From a virus (taxonomy: Duplodnaviria > Caudoviricetes): a stretch of DNA of 64,000 bases. Each line of letters starts with the position of its first letter. Within the stretch, counting starts at the first letter, position 1. Under the pieces are notes generated by a model. It was not told where the DNA came from and made no database searches. It saw only the letters and a list, made by a program, of their open reading frames with translations. The stretch is from positions 190 through 64,189 of the IMG/VR virus record IMGVR_UViG_3300020577_005931; one strand, given 5' to 3'. Positions 33,701-44,547 of the stretch are shown here, piece after piece. Made by a program: the position numbers and the translations under genes.

Positions 33701-34965
33701 GGCAGTTTATACGCTATCCCAAGGTAGCCGGAATCGGCGTGGATGTTCTCATCCCACGAGGCCGTGGGGGCCACGCGGTTCCAGACAGGGAACACCATCC
33801 ACTCGTTGTTTATAACCTGCCGATCTGTTAGCCCTGTGATATTCAAGTACCTAAGCCCAGGGACGCTGCCTAGGAGTTGGGCGTTGTTGGGGGTGTTGTA
33901 GAGGTCCAAGTAAAAGATGTCTACCCCAAGCCCAGCCGCCCTGCCGTTCCAACTGTTAGGGCTCTCCTTTATAGCCCCCCGACGGTTACTACTGTAGGGA
34001 CTTGTGGAAGAACTCCCTAACGTCATCCCCCACCCTACTGAACCCCCGCTCGTTATGGCTGCTAGTGCAGCGGCGTTTGACGAGGATATTTTAGCCACTG
34101 CTCCTAGCTTATGACTCATCTGACAGTGGTTCTGCGTGACGTTGGCAGAATCCTTCACCCCAGCTACTCTAATGACGGAATTGGCGAATCTAGCCCCTCC
34201 GGTCGTGCCTGAGTTATATACCTGAGTTGGACCCCCACTCAGGCACAATCTATTAGTGTTTAAGCAGTATGGGTCTGAGAACCCAATCCTAGATACGTCT
34301 GAGCTGAGATCGGTCACACACCCGCCGCTGATGTACTCCCCCCCTGACCAGGTGGTACTAGCTTTGTCAATCACCCCGAAGGAGAAGTGATTGTAAGAGG
34401 CGTGGCTGTTGACTGACCTTCTCATAACGACGTGGATACGAGTCCCGTCTGAGAAGAAATCGGCCTCCACCGACCCGTAAGTAGGGAATATCTGATGGAG
34501 GCAAGTGTTCAGGGAGCCGTTGGCCACATCACCAAAAGTAGATTGGTTATAAAATGCCTTAAAGCTGTCGCACCGAGCCGTGCTGGACCCTGAAGTTCCC
34601 ACTGACGATGCGTCGTCAATGATGGCAGCGAATATCCCGGTGTTCATAAAGCCGCGAGTCCCTCCGGCGACTGGAGACCTGCCAACATCACACATGAACC
34701 AGTAGGTGACCCCACTTCTCTGCACAGCGTAGAACGCCAAGTCATTGTAGTGGTAGGTGGTGCCTATTCTATTCAAGTTGGAGAGAGTGACGTTACCAGC
34801 CCCGCCCGGGTTGGAAATCCTCCCGTTTTTGACCACCCCAGTGAACAGAGAGCCAGGAAACCCTGGGGTCACTCCAGTTAGCCAGTCATACAACTTGTCC
34901 ATCAGCCCGTTGGTTCCGTCACTGACTCCATTCAGAGAAGCTTCATATTGATGAGCCCAAGCCAT
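33697..34965 (-). CDS. Virion structural protein
   Basis: G/S/T-rich, in tail operon. Confidence 0.7.
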   Translation of the reverse strand: MAWAHQYEASLNGVSDGTNGLMDKLYDWLTGVTPGFPGSLFTGVVKNGRISNPGGAGNVTLSNLNRIGTTYHYNDLAFYAVQRSGVTYWFMCDVGRSPVAGGTRGFMNTGIFAAIIDDASSVGTSGSSTARCDSFKAFYNQSTFGDVANGSLNTCLHQIFPTYGSVEADFFSDGTRIHVVMRRSVNSHASYNHFSFGVIDKASTTWSGGEYISGGCVTDLSSDVSRIGFSDPYCLNTNRLCLSGGPTQVYNSGTTGGARFANSVIRVAGVKDSANVTQNHCQMSHKLGAVAKISSSNAAALAAITSGGSVGWGMTLGSSSTSPYSSNRRGAIKESPNSWNGRAAGLGVDIFYLDLYNTPNNAQLLGSVPGLRYLNITGLTDRQVINNEWMVFPVWNRVAPTASWDENIHADSGYLGIAYKLP

Positions 34966-34969
34966 GAGG

Positions 34970-36670
34970 TTACCCCAGCAAGACCGCGACCGAATTGGTC
35001 ACAGTGGTTTTGTTAGATAATTTCCAGACAACGTAGACTTTAGAGTCTATGGTGATTGTGTCCCCTAGAGCTACTGTATTGACTGGGGTAGCCCCGGAGT
35101 CTATATAGAATAGCCCGTGCAGCTCCCCTGCCACCCCATTAACACTTGAAGTTGACACCACCATGAAAGTAGGAAATACCGCCTTCTTGCTCCCCGGCTC
35201 TCCATAAACCCCTGAGTGTATTCTGAACGACCCCACTGACCCCAACCCTACCGCTGCCCAAGGCATGAAGTAGAAAGCTTCTAGGGCTGAATTGCTGGCC
35301 CCTCCGGCGCTGACCCCGACTGCCGCAGAGCCGTCAGTTCGGTTGCCCAGCCAAACCGACCCAGAACCTCCTCCTGGTTGGAATAAGGCCGCTAACTTTT
35401 CCCAAGAGGACCCCAACATAGGAGGGCCGGAAGCCCCCCCTGCGGCGGAATCTAAGTCAAGGTTAGTGCTGTCTGAGAAGACACACCCCATGACCACGAC
35501 GGGGAATCGGCATTCACTAGGGGCCCCGTGAGCCTCATACATCCCGAAATGGCAGCCCTGCGGGTCGGTGGAGCTAGGGAGTGTTAGGATGGTGGCCGCC
35601 ATTGCGTCAGCGACGATGTAGTACGGGACACTCTCTGCGTTTTCTGGGTTCTTGAGCTTCATCCTCCACGCCGGAGAGATGCTCTGCTGACTGAGCATAG
35701 CTACAGCAGGGTCGAAGTAAGAGTGGGCGTAACCTTCCAAAAAGTATCGGTTGTTGTTGTTCCCTACTCGTTGCGCGATTGTTTCGTAGATGTTGTAAGA
35801 GCCGTCGAACCCTCGATGCCGGAATACTATCACCCTAGTGAGATTCGACGGGTTCCCAGCAGAGCTCAGTTTGGGGGCTAGGGTAAAGAAGTTCCCTCCA
35901 GTTGGGGTGGGGCCAGTGTAGGTGGTAGGCGTGAAGCTAGTCCCTCCTTGGGTTACCAGTATGTCCATCAACCTAGGGATCACCGCGAGGGTGCCAACCA
36001 CCCCTGAACCGAGAACCACACTTGGGGCAGCCACAGCCCTGACATCGAAAGCGGTGGCTGAAGAGAAAGTGATAAAGTAGCTCGTATTTATCACAGCTTG
36101 AGAATAATAACGAACTGACGCTACTGCCCCCCTGCCCGTAGGAGCCCCCGAGAGGGTCGAAGTGTAGAGGTCGGAGTAATAATCAGGCGGGGCAGTTCCT
36201 TTGGCTGTATCCGCCAATACGTCCCAACCTTCCCCGGCGTTCAATCCGTGAGCTGTCGAGGTAAACGTGAAGGTGTCCCCGCTGGTAAACGGGATGGTTC
36301 CTTCATAAACAGATAAGGTAAAGCGCGCTGCACTCACCGCCAATTTCCTATTGGGGGCTACCCCAGCAAGAACCCCACTAACAGTGGCCTCCCCTGTAGC
36401 TGTAATGCTGAAGTTTGTCGCAGAAGAGAATGTTAAGGTCCAAGACCTCGTAGTACAGTCTTTGGTCGGCTCGGCGTGCATGACCGCCCCGTTGCCCACG
36501 TTGGCCCCGGAGGATGCCTCGGAAACTTCACCGGCCACGAACGCCTTGAACTTCGACAGAAGTTTAGCGTAAGCACTCTCAGAAGTGGCACCAGTACCAG
36601 TCTCCCCGCCAAAGTTAGGGAACATCTCAGAAGATGTCCCAGAGCCTATTACCCCAGTTAAGTAAGCCAT
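34970..36670 (-). CDS. Virion structural protein
   Basis: G/A/S/T-rich; C-term GEL.G.FYI....GDTITID..YVV. Confidence 0.7.
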   Translation of the reverse strand: MAYLTGVIGSGTSSEMFPNFGGETGTGATSESAYAKLLSKFKAFVAGEVSEASSGANVGNGAVMHAEPTKDCTTRSWTLTFSSATNFSITATGEATVSGVLAGVAPNRKLAVSAARFTLSVYEGTIPFTSGDTFTFTSTAHGLNAGEGWDVLADTAKGTAPPDYYSDLYTSTLSGAPTGRGAVASVRYYSQAVINTSYFITFSSATAFDVRAVAAPSVVLGSGVVGTLAVIPRLMDILVTQGGTSFTPTTYTGPTPTGGNFFTLAPKLSSAGNPSNLTRVIVFRHRGFDGSYNIYETIAQRVGNNNNRYFLEGYAHSYFDPAVAMLSQQSISPAWRMKLKNPENAESVPYYIVADAMAATILTLPSSTDPQGCHFGMYEAHGAPSECRFPVVVMGCVFSDSTNLDLDSAAGGASGPPMLGSSWEKLAALFQPGGGSGSVWLGNRTDGSAAVGVSAGGASNSALEAFYFMPWAAVGLGSVGSFRIHSGVYGEPGSKKAVFPTFMVVSTSSVNGVAGELHGLFYIDSGATPVNTVALGDTITIDSKVYVVWKLSNKTTVTNSVAVLLG

Positions 36671-39600
36671 TATCCCAACACCTGCTTAAACGCCGTTTTA
36701 TTGGCACTGACTACGTTAATCAATTCTCTAACAGAGCCCTTCAGCCCCTGCTGCACCACTGAAGGGCTGTCAATACTGTTCACTATTGTGAACGGCTGAG
36801 GGCTGGATGTCACTGTAACTGATGGGCTGATTGACGGCAATTTAGCTGCCGCAGAGGACTTCGCTATTTCATCCACTAAGCCCCCAGCCGAGAACTTCCT
36901 TGACATCCCTGAGTTCAAGGCCCTTATTGTGCCCTCCCCAAGGAGCCGCGTTGCTTTGGCGGTGAGGATTGACTCCCCTGATGAGACGGCTATTGGGGAA
37001 ATTCCGTTCGCGGAGTGCATGAACCCCGGGATAGAGTCACTGGTACCTGAACCTGGACCTCTAATCACTCCTGAACTGCCGACGTACCCTTTGGCGTATC
37101 CTCCAAAGTTTATGCCACCATAGTTGAGGTTTAGCCCCCCGGAAGTTGCGGGAGCGCTTACCCCTCCCCCTCCGCCGAAGAGAGAGCCAATTATGGAGAA
37201 CGCCGCGCTGGCTAAAGACGAGTTATTCCCTTCAGCCGTTTGACCTTTCTTACCGCCAGCCGCCCCCAAGACTCCCAACATCATGTTGTTCATAAAGTTC
37301 TTGGTGGTCATCCTGAACAGATCACCTGCTAAGGACTTTACAATATCCTTCATGGAGTCCTTGAAGCTCTTACCCTCCAAGACAGCATCAGCTATAGCGT
37401 CTCCGACATCCTCCCACGCTTTAAGCAGGCTCCCTCGGATATTGTCCCCCCAGTCCTTGAGGATGTTGCCACTCTCCTCAAGGGCGGTAGTGTAGTGGCG
37501 GATCCCTTCGGCATTGAATACCGAGTCCAGCTCTTTCCCAGCAGTAGCACCAAACTCCGAGACGGTGAACTGGAGGTTCTGCACCTCCTCATCTATCCCT
37601 TTGATGGCGTCTTGGTACTGAGCTATCTCGTCATTGAGATTCTGGACCATAGCCTCATCTGAATTGTTGACCTTAAGGTTCTCGGCCCTGGTTATCAGAC
37701 TTTGGTAGACCCCCTTCTGCCCAGCCCGGCCCGCTAAACTAGCTTGGGCGAACTTGAGCTGCTCCGCCCTAGTGAACCCCGCCCCGGACCTCGCCAGAGC
37801 ATCCGTGTAGGCATCTCCGGTGGTTGGGCCGTCTGGCACCAACGTCTCCGCATACTTGATCCTGGACGCGGTTTCTTTACGGATATTGTCGAGCTGCTTG
37901 TCAGTGAAAATACCGGCATTCAGCTTCGAGTCTGAATCAAGGGTGGCCTGGATCTCCTCGTCAGAGTACCCCATGCCCTTCATGTAATTCCTGATGTTGC
38001 CTTTCACCTGGGCCTGCTTGGTAGCATAGGCAGCATTCAGGTCACCTACCCCAGAGAAATCCCCGCCCTTCGCCATGATGGCGTCGCGCTGTGCGTTGAA
38101 AGCCTGCAGCTCCTTGTAGCTGCCCTTCATGAGGGCGTCGAGGTAATCCTCCTTGGCCTGCAGTTCAATTTTCTGCAGCTTTATCTCGGCCTCGGCCAAG
38201 TCTGCAGCGTCCTCCTGAGCAGTTTTATTCTTGTCGTTGATTTTCTGATTCTCTTGCATGTGAGCTATTTCCCTCTGCTGCTCAGCTTGCAGAAGTCTGT
38301 TCTTTTCCGTGACCAAGTTGGTTAGGGTTCCAACAGTCCCTCCGAATTTCTTAACTTTATCGATCTCAAAATCTAGTTCAGCCACCCTGGAAGCTGTAGC
38401 CACCGAAGGAACGAATTCAGTCCTTTTTGCTTCTGGCTCTATCTTTGGGGGAGGGAGGGAGGCATTTTCCTTATCCTTTAACTCCTGGGCCGCCTTTCTA
38501 TCTACGAACGCCTGCATTGAGTCAAGGTAGTTCTGACCTATAGCAAAAACCCTGGCCTTCTGGTCAGCAGGTAGGTCATTAAGGACAGAGTTAAAAACTC
38601 CGAGAAGATTGTTAAGTTTTTCCTTGGCCGCCTCCGCCCCTAGGTCAGAGATACTGGCCTGATACCCTAACATTAAAGCCCTGAGGCCCGTCCCACTATC
38701 ATCTTTGGTTAATTCATTTTTTATCTCAGACTCAATCGCGAATTTATCAGACTCAAGGGCGAGGAATTTAGCTTCAGCCGCTTTAGGAAGACCGATTAAG
38801 ATGTCGTGGTTTAATTTTACAAGCTTCTTGTAATCCTCTATGTTGGCAAATGGGTCTAAAGTTCCAGACATTAAGCCATCTAGGTCTATCCCAGAAGCTG
38901 CAATAGCTTCCAATACTTTCTTAGCGTCTTCATCCCCTTTTGTTACAGCTTCACTCAAAGATTTTAACAAATCTATAGTATTCTTTGTGTTAGCTTCAGC
39001 GCCTCCGTAGAGGGAGTTTAGTATTTTCTTAGCCTCTTCAACCCATTCTTTAGTTATCTTCGATGAGTCCAAAGAAAGTTCTTTAAGGGCCTCGATGTTA
39101 CCCTCCCGCATAGCTGAGAATATCTGAGCGATTTCTTCGTCAGTCTCTGGCTTAAAATTACCTCTAGTCAGAGAAGCTAGTTTAGTTACCCCTGCCTCTT
39201 GCCCCTCTATTTGTGCACCTATACTCCTCTCCCCTGTATTGACAGGGCTGTAAATCTCAGCTTTTTCCCTAATCTTGCGATACTTCTCAGCTTGCTGATC
39301 TGCGTAACTACGTGCAGACTCCGCCCCTTCTTTAGAGCTGACCCAACCAAAGGGGTTGGACCGCCCTAAAAACCCCCCAAACCCCGTCCCAAACTTGGTA
39401 TCTAGCCACGTCTGTAACCTGCCGCTCCTACTTTCTAGGAGATTGTTAAATTCCCTGGCCTTCTCTATTAACTCCGCAAATTTACCAACCCCTTGAGCTA
39501 AATTCTCTACAAAACCATGTGCAAACTCGTAAGAAACCGTGCCTATAGCTGAGCCTAAATTATCCCACTGAGCTTTCAACGACTCCATAGCAGTGGCTGA

Positions 39601-41775
39601 GCCCTCGGACGCCGCCATGCCGAACAGTAACCGTTGCTGGGCTGCAGTCAGTTCGTCAGTTTTCCCTATAAGTGCTTGAAGCACATTCAAAGCTCTGTTA
39701 TCGACCGCGCGGTTAAGGCCATGCCCTTCGGCCGTGCCAAACCCTAACCTCTCTAACTCGGTCATAACTTCTACCAAAGGTTGAGCGGCGTAAGCCATAT
39801 TAGCGAATTTAGCTTTTACTTCCTCTGCTGATATGCTCTCTCCAATTCTTGAATACTGTTCTTGAAGAGCTTCAGCAAACTTATCATCAGGGTTAAAAAC
39901 TTCCAGCATGGCTTGACGTAGGCCAGTAGCTACAGTAGAAGCCTTTATACCAGCGTCTTTCAGGACAGTTACGGCAGCAAGGTATTGCTCAGAGGTTAGG
40001 TTGTATCCCTTCGCAACCTGCGCTCCGAGAGACAGTATCGTCTGCAGATCCTCTCCCGATAATTTTGAAATGTTAACAGCTTTAGTTAACTGATTAGCTA
40101 TCTCGGTTTCACTGAGATCAGTGAAAACTTCTTTCATGGTTGTCAGGGTGTCAGCCGCAACCGATAGTTGAGTGTTAGTAGCAGCAGCGAAGTCAGCCAC
40201 TGCTCTCAAAGCTGCCGGCATCTCCCCTGGCGAGTAGCCAGCTTGGCTTAATATCTTTGCCGCTTCGGCTATTTCATTGGTAGAAAATTTTGTTGAGACC
40301 GCTACGTTGTTAATCGTAGAAGCTAAGCGGTTCATCTCAGAGTCTGTACCAGCGGTTATAGCCTGTATGTTAGCTAAGGCGTCGTTAAGATCTATGACTC
40401 CTTTAGTCAAGGCCGTCACTGCGTTTATTACGGAATAAAGAACTTGGTAGCCAACCGCATACCGCAGAAAGTTCCGCAGCAAAGACCCAACAGTTCCAAG
40501 AGGCCCACCCAGCCTTGCGTGTTCTTCAGTCAACCTGCGAACAGCTTCACCATATTTCTGGGCTTGGGCGGCGGCACGGTCATACCCCATATTCCCTAGA
40601 CCGATATCTGAAGCTCTCTTTGAGTAGTAACCTTGCAAGGAAGTTGCCGCCTTCCTTGCCGCCTGGACTTGGTCGAAATCCAACCCCCTCGCGTTTAGAT
40701 TGTCCAGCCCTCCAGCTCTGTCAATCACCCCCCGGCCGTACTCAGTCTTCCGGCGAACAACGTCGCGTTCGGTGCGTTGGTTCCCTATTAGCTTAGCCCT
40801 TTCCGCATCTTGTTTCCTTGCTGCTTGAATATCCCGATATTGGAATTTTCTCTTTTCCCCTTCAGCCCAAGCTAACCCATCCAACTGCTTTTTAATTTCG
40901 GCTTCAGTGTCTTTAGCCATCTCTGCGCCGAGCTTTTCTTGCTCTTTACGAGCTTTCCTTGCTGCTTGGATCTCTCGGTATTGGAAATCTCTTATTAGCT
41001 TCTCTCTTTGTTGCAAACCTTTGGCAACTACCTGGTTCCCTTTATCGACACGAGCCTGAGCCGCTCCAAAGTCAGCGGCTTTGGCGTACTTACCGTACTG
41101 GCGCTCCAGAGGGCCAAGCAACGAACCAATTCCTGTCGCACCTGAAACGTCCCCGGCCTCCTTGGCTGCTTTCCTCAAAGCCTTGAGGTCAGAGATGTAA
41201 TCCTTCATGTCGCGCAGTTGCGCGTCCATCTGCTTGATGCGGCGAGCAGACATCTGCAAACGCTTTTCATCAGGCAGCGCGGCCGCGATGTCGAGAGCAG
41301 TCTTTGGAGCGCGACCTTTTATATTCTGCCCAGAAAACACAGAAGCAAGCTGAGTATTTTTCTGCAGCAGTGTCTGTAACCCTTTCGCCCTCTGGGTGAG
41401 GTGGCGCTCAATGGCCTTCAGCTTCTCTAGGTCAGAGGTAGTTCCTTTGGTGACCTGCTTGTAGTGGTCAAGGAAAAGGTTACCGCCTTTCTCGAATTTT
41501 CCTTCCTTCTGCAGCGAGTTTATGTTTGATTTAACTTTACCGATAGTTTTGTAAACTTCCTCGGCTTCCTTGTTAATGGCGTTCCGAGCCTCAGGGCCAA
41601 ACAGCGACTTGGCGAACTGCTCCCCAAACCCGTAGCGGCCCTTCTTTTTGCTGAGCTCAGTACCAACCCCGGCGACCGCCTTGCCAACTTCCTTTTCTAG
41701 GGCAGCCTTATCAATCCGCACCTCAGCGTTAATGATTACATCAGGCTTCCCACCTTTCCCACTATTGTTAGCCAT
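36670..41775 (-). CDS. Tail tape measure protein
   Basis: 1701 aa, helical; TP901-like core (IQAIT......M..L......VA..TKFS..EIAEA...L.QAG). Confidence 0.92.
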   Translation of the reverse strand: MANNSGKGGKPDVIINAEVRIDKAALEKEVGKAVAGVGTELSKKKGRYGFGEQFAKSLFGPEARNAINKEAEEVYKTIGKVKSNINSLQKEGKFEKGGNLFLDHYKQVTKGTTSDLEKLKAIERHLTQRAKGLQTLLQKNTQLASVFSGQNIKGRAPKTALDIAAALPDEKRLQMSARRIKQMDAQLRDMKDYISDLKALRKAAKEAGDVSGATGIGSLLGPLERQYGKYAKAADFGAAQARVDKGNQVVAKGLQQREKLIRDFQYREIQAARKARKEQEKLGAEMAKDTEAEIKKQLDGLAWAEGEKRKFQYRDIQAARKQDAERAKLIGNQRTERDVVRRKTEYGRGVIDRAGGLDNLNARGLDFDQVQAARKAATSLQGYYSKRASDIGLGNMGYDRAAAQAQKYGEAVRRLTEEHARLGGPLGTVGSLLRNFLRYAVGYQVLYSVINAVTALTKGVIDLNDALANIQAITAGTDSEMNRLASTINNVAVSTKFSTNEIAEAAKILSQAGYSPGEMPAALRAVADFAAATNTQLSVAADTLTTMKEVFTDLSETEIANQLTKAVNISKLSGEDLQTILSLGAQVAKGYNLTSEQYLAAVTVLKDAGIKASTVATGLRQAMLEVFNPDDKFAEALQEQYSRIGESISAEEVKAKFANMAYAAQPLVEVMTELERLGFGTAEGHGLNRAVDNRALNVLQALIGKTDELTAAQQRLLFGMAASEGSATAMESLKAQWDNLGSAIGTVSYEFAHGFVENLAQGVGKFAELIEKAREFNNLLESRSGRLQTWLDTKFGTGFGGFLGRSNPFGWVSSKEGAESARSYADQQAEKYRKIREKAEIYSPVNTGERSIGAQIEGQEAGVTKLASLTRGNFKPETDEEIAQIFSAMREGNIEALKELSLDSSKITKEWVEEAKKILNSLYGGAEANTKNTIDLLKSLSEAVTKGDEDAKKVLEAIAASGIDLDGLMSGTLDPFANIEDYKKLVKLNHDILIGLPKAAEAKFLALESDKFAIESEIKNELTKDDSGTGLRALMLGYQASISDLGAEAAKEKLNNLLGVFNSVLNDLPADQKARVFAIGQNYLDSMQAFVDRKAAQELKDKENASLPPPKIEPEAKRTEFVPSVATASRVAELDFEIDKVKKFGGTVGTLTNLVTEKNRLLQAEQQREIAHMQENQKINDKNKTAQEDAADLAEAEIKLQKIELQAKEDYLDALMKGSYKELQAFNAQRDAIMAKGGDFSGVGDLNAAYATKQAQVKGNIRNYMKGMGYSDEEIQATLDSDSKLNAGIFTDKQLDNIRKETASRIKYAETLVPDGPTTGDAYTDALARSGAGFTRAEQLKFAQASLAGRAGQKGVYQSLITRAENLKVNNSDEAMVQNLNDEIAQYQDAIKGIDEEVQNLQFTVSEFGATAGKELDSVFNAEGIRHYTTALEESGNILKDWGDNIRGSLLKAWEDVGDAIADAVLEGKSFKDSMKDIVKSLAGDLFRMTTKNFMNNMMLGVLGAAGGKKGQTAEGNNSSLASAAFSIIGSLFGGGGGVSAPATSGGLNLNYGGINFGGYAKGYVGSSGVIRGPGSGTSDSIPGFMHSANGISPIAVSSGESILTAKATRLLGEGTIRALNSGMSRKFSAGGLVDEIAKSSAAAKLPSISPSVTVTSSPQPFTIVNSIDSPSVVQQGLKGSVRELINVVSANKTAFKQVLG

Positions 41776-42410
41776 TACCTGCTACCTCCACGAAAGTTGT
41801 GCTGCATCTGATGGAAAGCCTGTGCTGAATCAAAGAAGTCTTCTGAACTTCGGTCAGGGGCGAAATCGGTAATCTCACCGAGGTCTTTACTATGTTCTCT
41901 GGAGCTGCCCATGGACCCACCCATACCGAAGACTACTGCTTCAAACCTAGTCATATTTATTGCGGCGTCAAGCCCCAGTTTTACCCCTAAAATCCTTTCC
42001 ACTACTGACTTATCGAATTCACAGTAGAGCTGTCGTGCATAAACGTAGTCAAAGTTAGCGGCGTAGAGGCATTTATCTTCAAGGCTCCAGCTATCGAATT
42101 TTGACAAGAAATCAGAACCGAAAACTCTTTTCTTGCGCCTACCGAACTGGGGGTTGCCCTCGACGGGGGCTTCAGCCTTCTGTTTCGGCTGCATCCGCAA
42201 TACCAGATCGATAATTTGCTCCGGTGTGAGCATTTCATCTTCTTCAATCAACCCGGCCGATACCACAGCTGCCTGAATCGTGGCATGAACGTCAGCATCT
42301 TCCTCAGTGATTGCCTGCTGCATCTCCCCCAGCACTTCAATCAGCATCAAGGTGACAGGGATAGCCCCGCACTCCAACCTCCGACGCTCCTCAAGAAAAA
42401 CTGTTGCCAT
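41775..42410 (-). CDS. Tail assembly chaperone (putative)
   Basis: Position between major tail protein and tape measure. Confidence 0.6.
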   Translation of the reverse strand: MATVFLEERRRLECGAIPVTLMLIEVLGEMQQAITEEDADVHATIQAAVVSAGLIEEDEMLTPEQIIDLVLRMQPKQKAEAPVEGNPQFGRRKKRVFGSDFLSKFDSWSLEDKCLYAANFDYVYARQLYCEFDKSVVERILGVKLGLDAAINMTRFEAVVFGMGGSMGSSREHSKDLGEITDFAPDRSSEDFFDSAQAFHQMQHNFRGGSR

Positions 42411-42423
42411 TCAGACCTCCAGC

Positions 42424-42455
42424 GAAAAAGAAAAGGCCGGGGTCGCCGGCCTTTT
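42424..42455 (-). terminator. Intrinsic terminator after major tail gene
   Basis: AAAAGGCCGG-ggtcg-CCGGCCTTTT with extra A tract on plus strand. Confidence 0.8.
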
Positions 42456-42482
42456 CCAGTTCGACTCCGCCATCTGATTTTA

Positions 42483-43328
42483 TCAGGTAGCAGCGTCCTG
42501 AGCTCTCACCAACTGCCACATAGGGCAAGTAGGGATGATTGCAGCCAGGTGGTACAGAGGTTGAGACACTGCGTATTCTGACGCTGCCGGCTCTAGAACA
42601 TTGAGTGTCAACTCCGTGCTGGCGTAGTCATCAGCGTTTGTGCCGTAGTCCAGACCGCCCTGTACAGAACATTTCCAGAAATTGAACACAATCGGACGAC
42701 CAGTTTTCAGATCCTTCTGTACCAGAGAAACCGCCATGTACTCCGTCTGGGACAGATTGCCCACACTGATCACAGCCGCCTTGAACAGCTTCAAGGTCCC
42801 CCCTGCGGTCACTGCAGTGTTGATATCCGTGAACAGAGTGGGATCCATTTCCCCTAGAGCGATGGAAGTAGAGGCGGTAACGGTACCGATCACGCCAACT
42901 GCTACCAGCTCAGGCTGACCAACCACGTAGGCAACACAAGTGTCGCCAGCGGTAAAGCCAGTGGTGGTGGTGGTAGGGAGTACAGGGGCAGCGGCTGAGC
43001 CAGTCATGACACCGGAAGCTGTGGTATTGACATCCGATGCGTCAGTCAGGATGCCCTGACCTAACATGATCCCCAGGTTGCGGCGGGAGAATTCCCGCAG
43101 GGTTGCGGTAATGGTTGTATTTTCAGCCGTCGGCGTCTCGTCAACCAGCTTCTTCGGGAAGCCGCCCATCAACTGGGCAGTCTCACGAGAATAGTTAACT
43201 GAGGCGTTATCGATCAGGCCGACCGAGTGTGCCTGCGTGAGCTTCGCGGCGGCGCTCATAGCACCTACGCGAAGCTCAGCAGTGCCAATCATGAATCGAT
43301 TGGTCTTTGCAGATCCTAAAGCAGCCAT
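42483..43328 (-). CDS. Major tail protein
   Basis: Beta-rich 281 aa; synteny; followed by terminator. Confidence 0.8.
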   Translation of the reverse strand: MAALGSAKTNRFMIGTAELRVGAMSAAAKLTQAHSVGLIDNASVNYSRETAQLMGGFPKKLVDETPTAENTTITATLREFSRRNLGIMLGQGILTDASDVNTTASGVMTGSAAAPVLPTTTTTGFTAGDTCVAYVVGQPELVAVGVIGTVTASTSIALGEMDPTLFTDINTAVTAGGTLKLFKAAVISVGNLSQTEYMAVSLVQKDLKTGRPIVFNFWKCSVQGGLDYGTNADDYASTELTLNVLEPAASEYAVSQPLYHLAAIIPTCPMWQLVRAQDAAT

Positions 43329-43345
43329 AAAAAGCCCTCAATTCG

Positions 43346-44056
43346 TCAAGTGGTGATTCCAAGGCGAAGCCTTGCCAGTCTACCTACAGCACCACTGAGT
43401 TCGACGATAAACGGACGCCTCCCCACAACGAAAGCCAGGACTTTAAGCCCTTTCTTACCGGTGAGACCTTCGGCCTCTGTCCATACCTCGACCCCTTGGG
43501 TATTCCCGTTCACGAATGGTTTACGGACCAGTTCGTTCAAAGGAGGGGGTAGTGTACTGAACTTTAGTCCAGTGCTGTATCTGATTGTAAGCCTGTTTTT
43601 CCCACGCACAAGTACCCCGCTCCTTTTGGCCTTGTGCCCGGTCACGTCTACACTGACATTCCGCATCCTGGCAGAGTTGGCCGCTGAGGCCTGCAGGTTT
43701 CTGCGGAAGACCCAGAACTTGTTAGCGGTTCCGTACTTTTTGTTGATACGGGTCTTGGTCGCCAGGTAGCTTGGCATCAACGGGTCCCAGTCAGAGCTGA
43801 TACTCCCGGCAGCCTTCCCGTCAGCGTCAAGAACCGCGATTGAAACCAGGCCCCCTACAGAAGCCCCGCCAAAGCCTGACCTCAAGTGAGACATAACCTG
43901 ATCCACCAGGGACTGGTAGAACCTTTCATACTTGGCGGCTATCTGGGTTCTGGTCTTCAGGTATACCGCCTCCTGGAAAATCCCATCAGCGGACTTGGAG
44001 TCGGCAATTTTCTGCAGGATAGAGTCGATATTTATGTGGGCGTCCTTGCGGGCCAT
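43346..44056 (-). CDS. Neck/tail-completion protein (putative)
   Basis: Basic; synteny. Confidence 0.55.
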   Translation of the reverse strand: MARKDAHINIDSILQKIADSKSADGIFQEAVYLKTRTQIAAKYERFYQSLVDQVMSHLRSGFGGASVGGLVSIAVLDADGKAAGSISSDWDPLMPSYLATKTRINKKYGTANKFWVFRRNLQASAANSARMRNVSVDVTGHKAKRSGVLVRGKNRLTIRYSTGLKFSTLPPPLNELVRKPFVNGNTQGVEVWTEAEGLTGKKGLKVLAFVVGRRPFIVELSGAVGRLARLRLGITT

Positions 44057-44547
44057 CAGACATACCTCTGCAGCCGCGCCCCTACGGTGATGAGCTTCAG
44101 GCCAGACTGGTTGTCGAACCTGGCCGGGGTGCTGGACACTTCGTTGATGTACAGGAGGCCTTTTTCCTGCTGGGCCTGCAGCTCATCCACATCGACTGAA
44201 TAATCCTTTATCGAAAGGGTGGCGTCCATCTTGAAGTGCTCGGCCAGCATTGAGATCAGCTTGGCCTGCAGGTAGTTGGCGTCATCAAGGGTAGTCTTCG
44301 CCCCTACCGAGAACTGGGCGACGTAAAGAGGGTCGCGAGGCTCCTCGGCAAAGCTGTGCAGCTCCCACAGCAGGGCCGGGTCGCGGCTCTTGACTGTTTT
44401 GTCGATCTCCACCAGATCGTCCAGGCCGCTTGCCGCAAGGCTGGCCAGCTCTGGGTCTCCGGAAGTTCTCATTGAATCCGCGATCCGGTTACAGTAATAG
44501 TCCAGCGTGGACTTCAGGGCAAGCTCAAACATAATGGCCGACATCAA
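44056..44547 (-). CDS. Tail terminator-like protein (putative)
   Basis: Acidic 163 aa; synteny. Confidence 0.55.
   Translation of the reverse strand: MMSAIMFELALKSTLDYYCNRIADSMRTSGDPELASLAASGLDDLVEIDKTVKSRDPALLWELHSFAEEPRDPLYVAQFSVGAKTTLDDANYLQAKLISMLAEHFKMDATLSIKDYSVDVDELQAQQEKGLLYINEVSSTPARFDNQSGLKLITVGARLQRYV

Noticed and set aside
41775-42410. Programmed -1 frameshift in tail chaperone
   Set aside because: One continuous ORF reaches the tape measure start; no XXXYYYZ slippery site noticed
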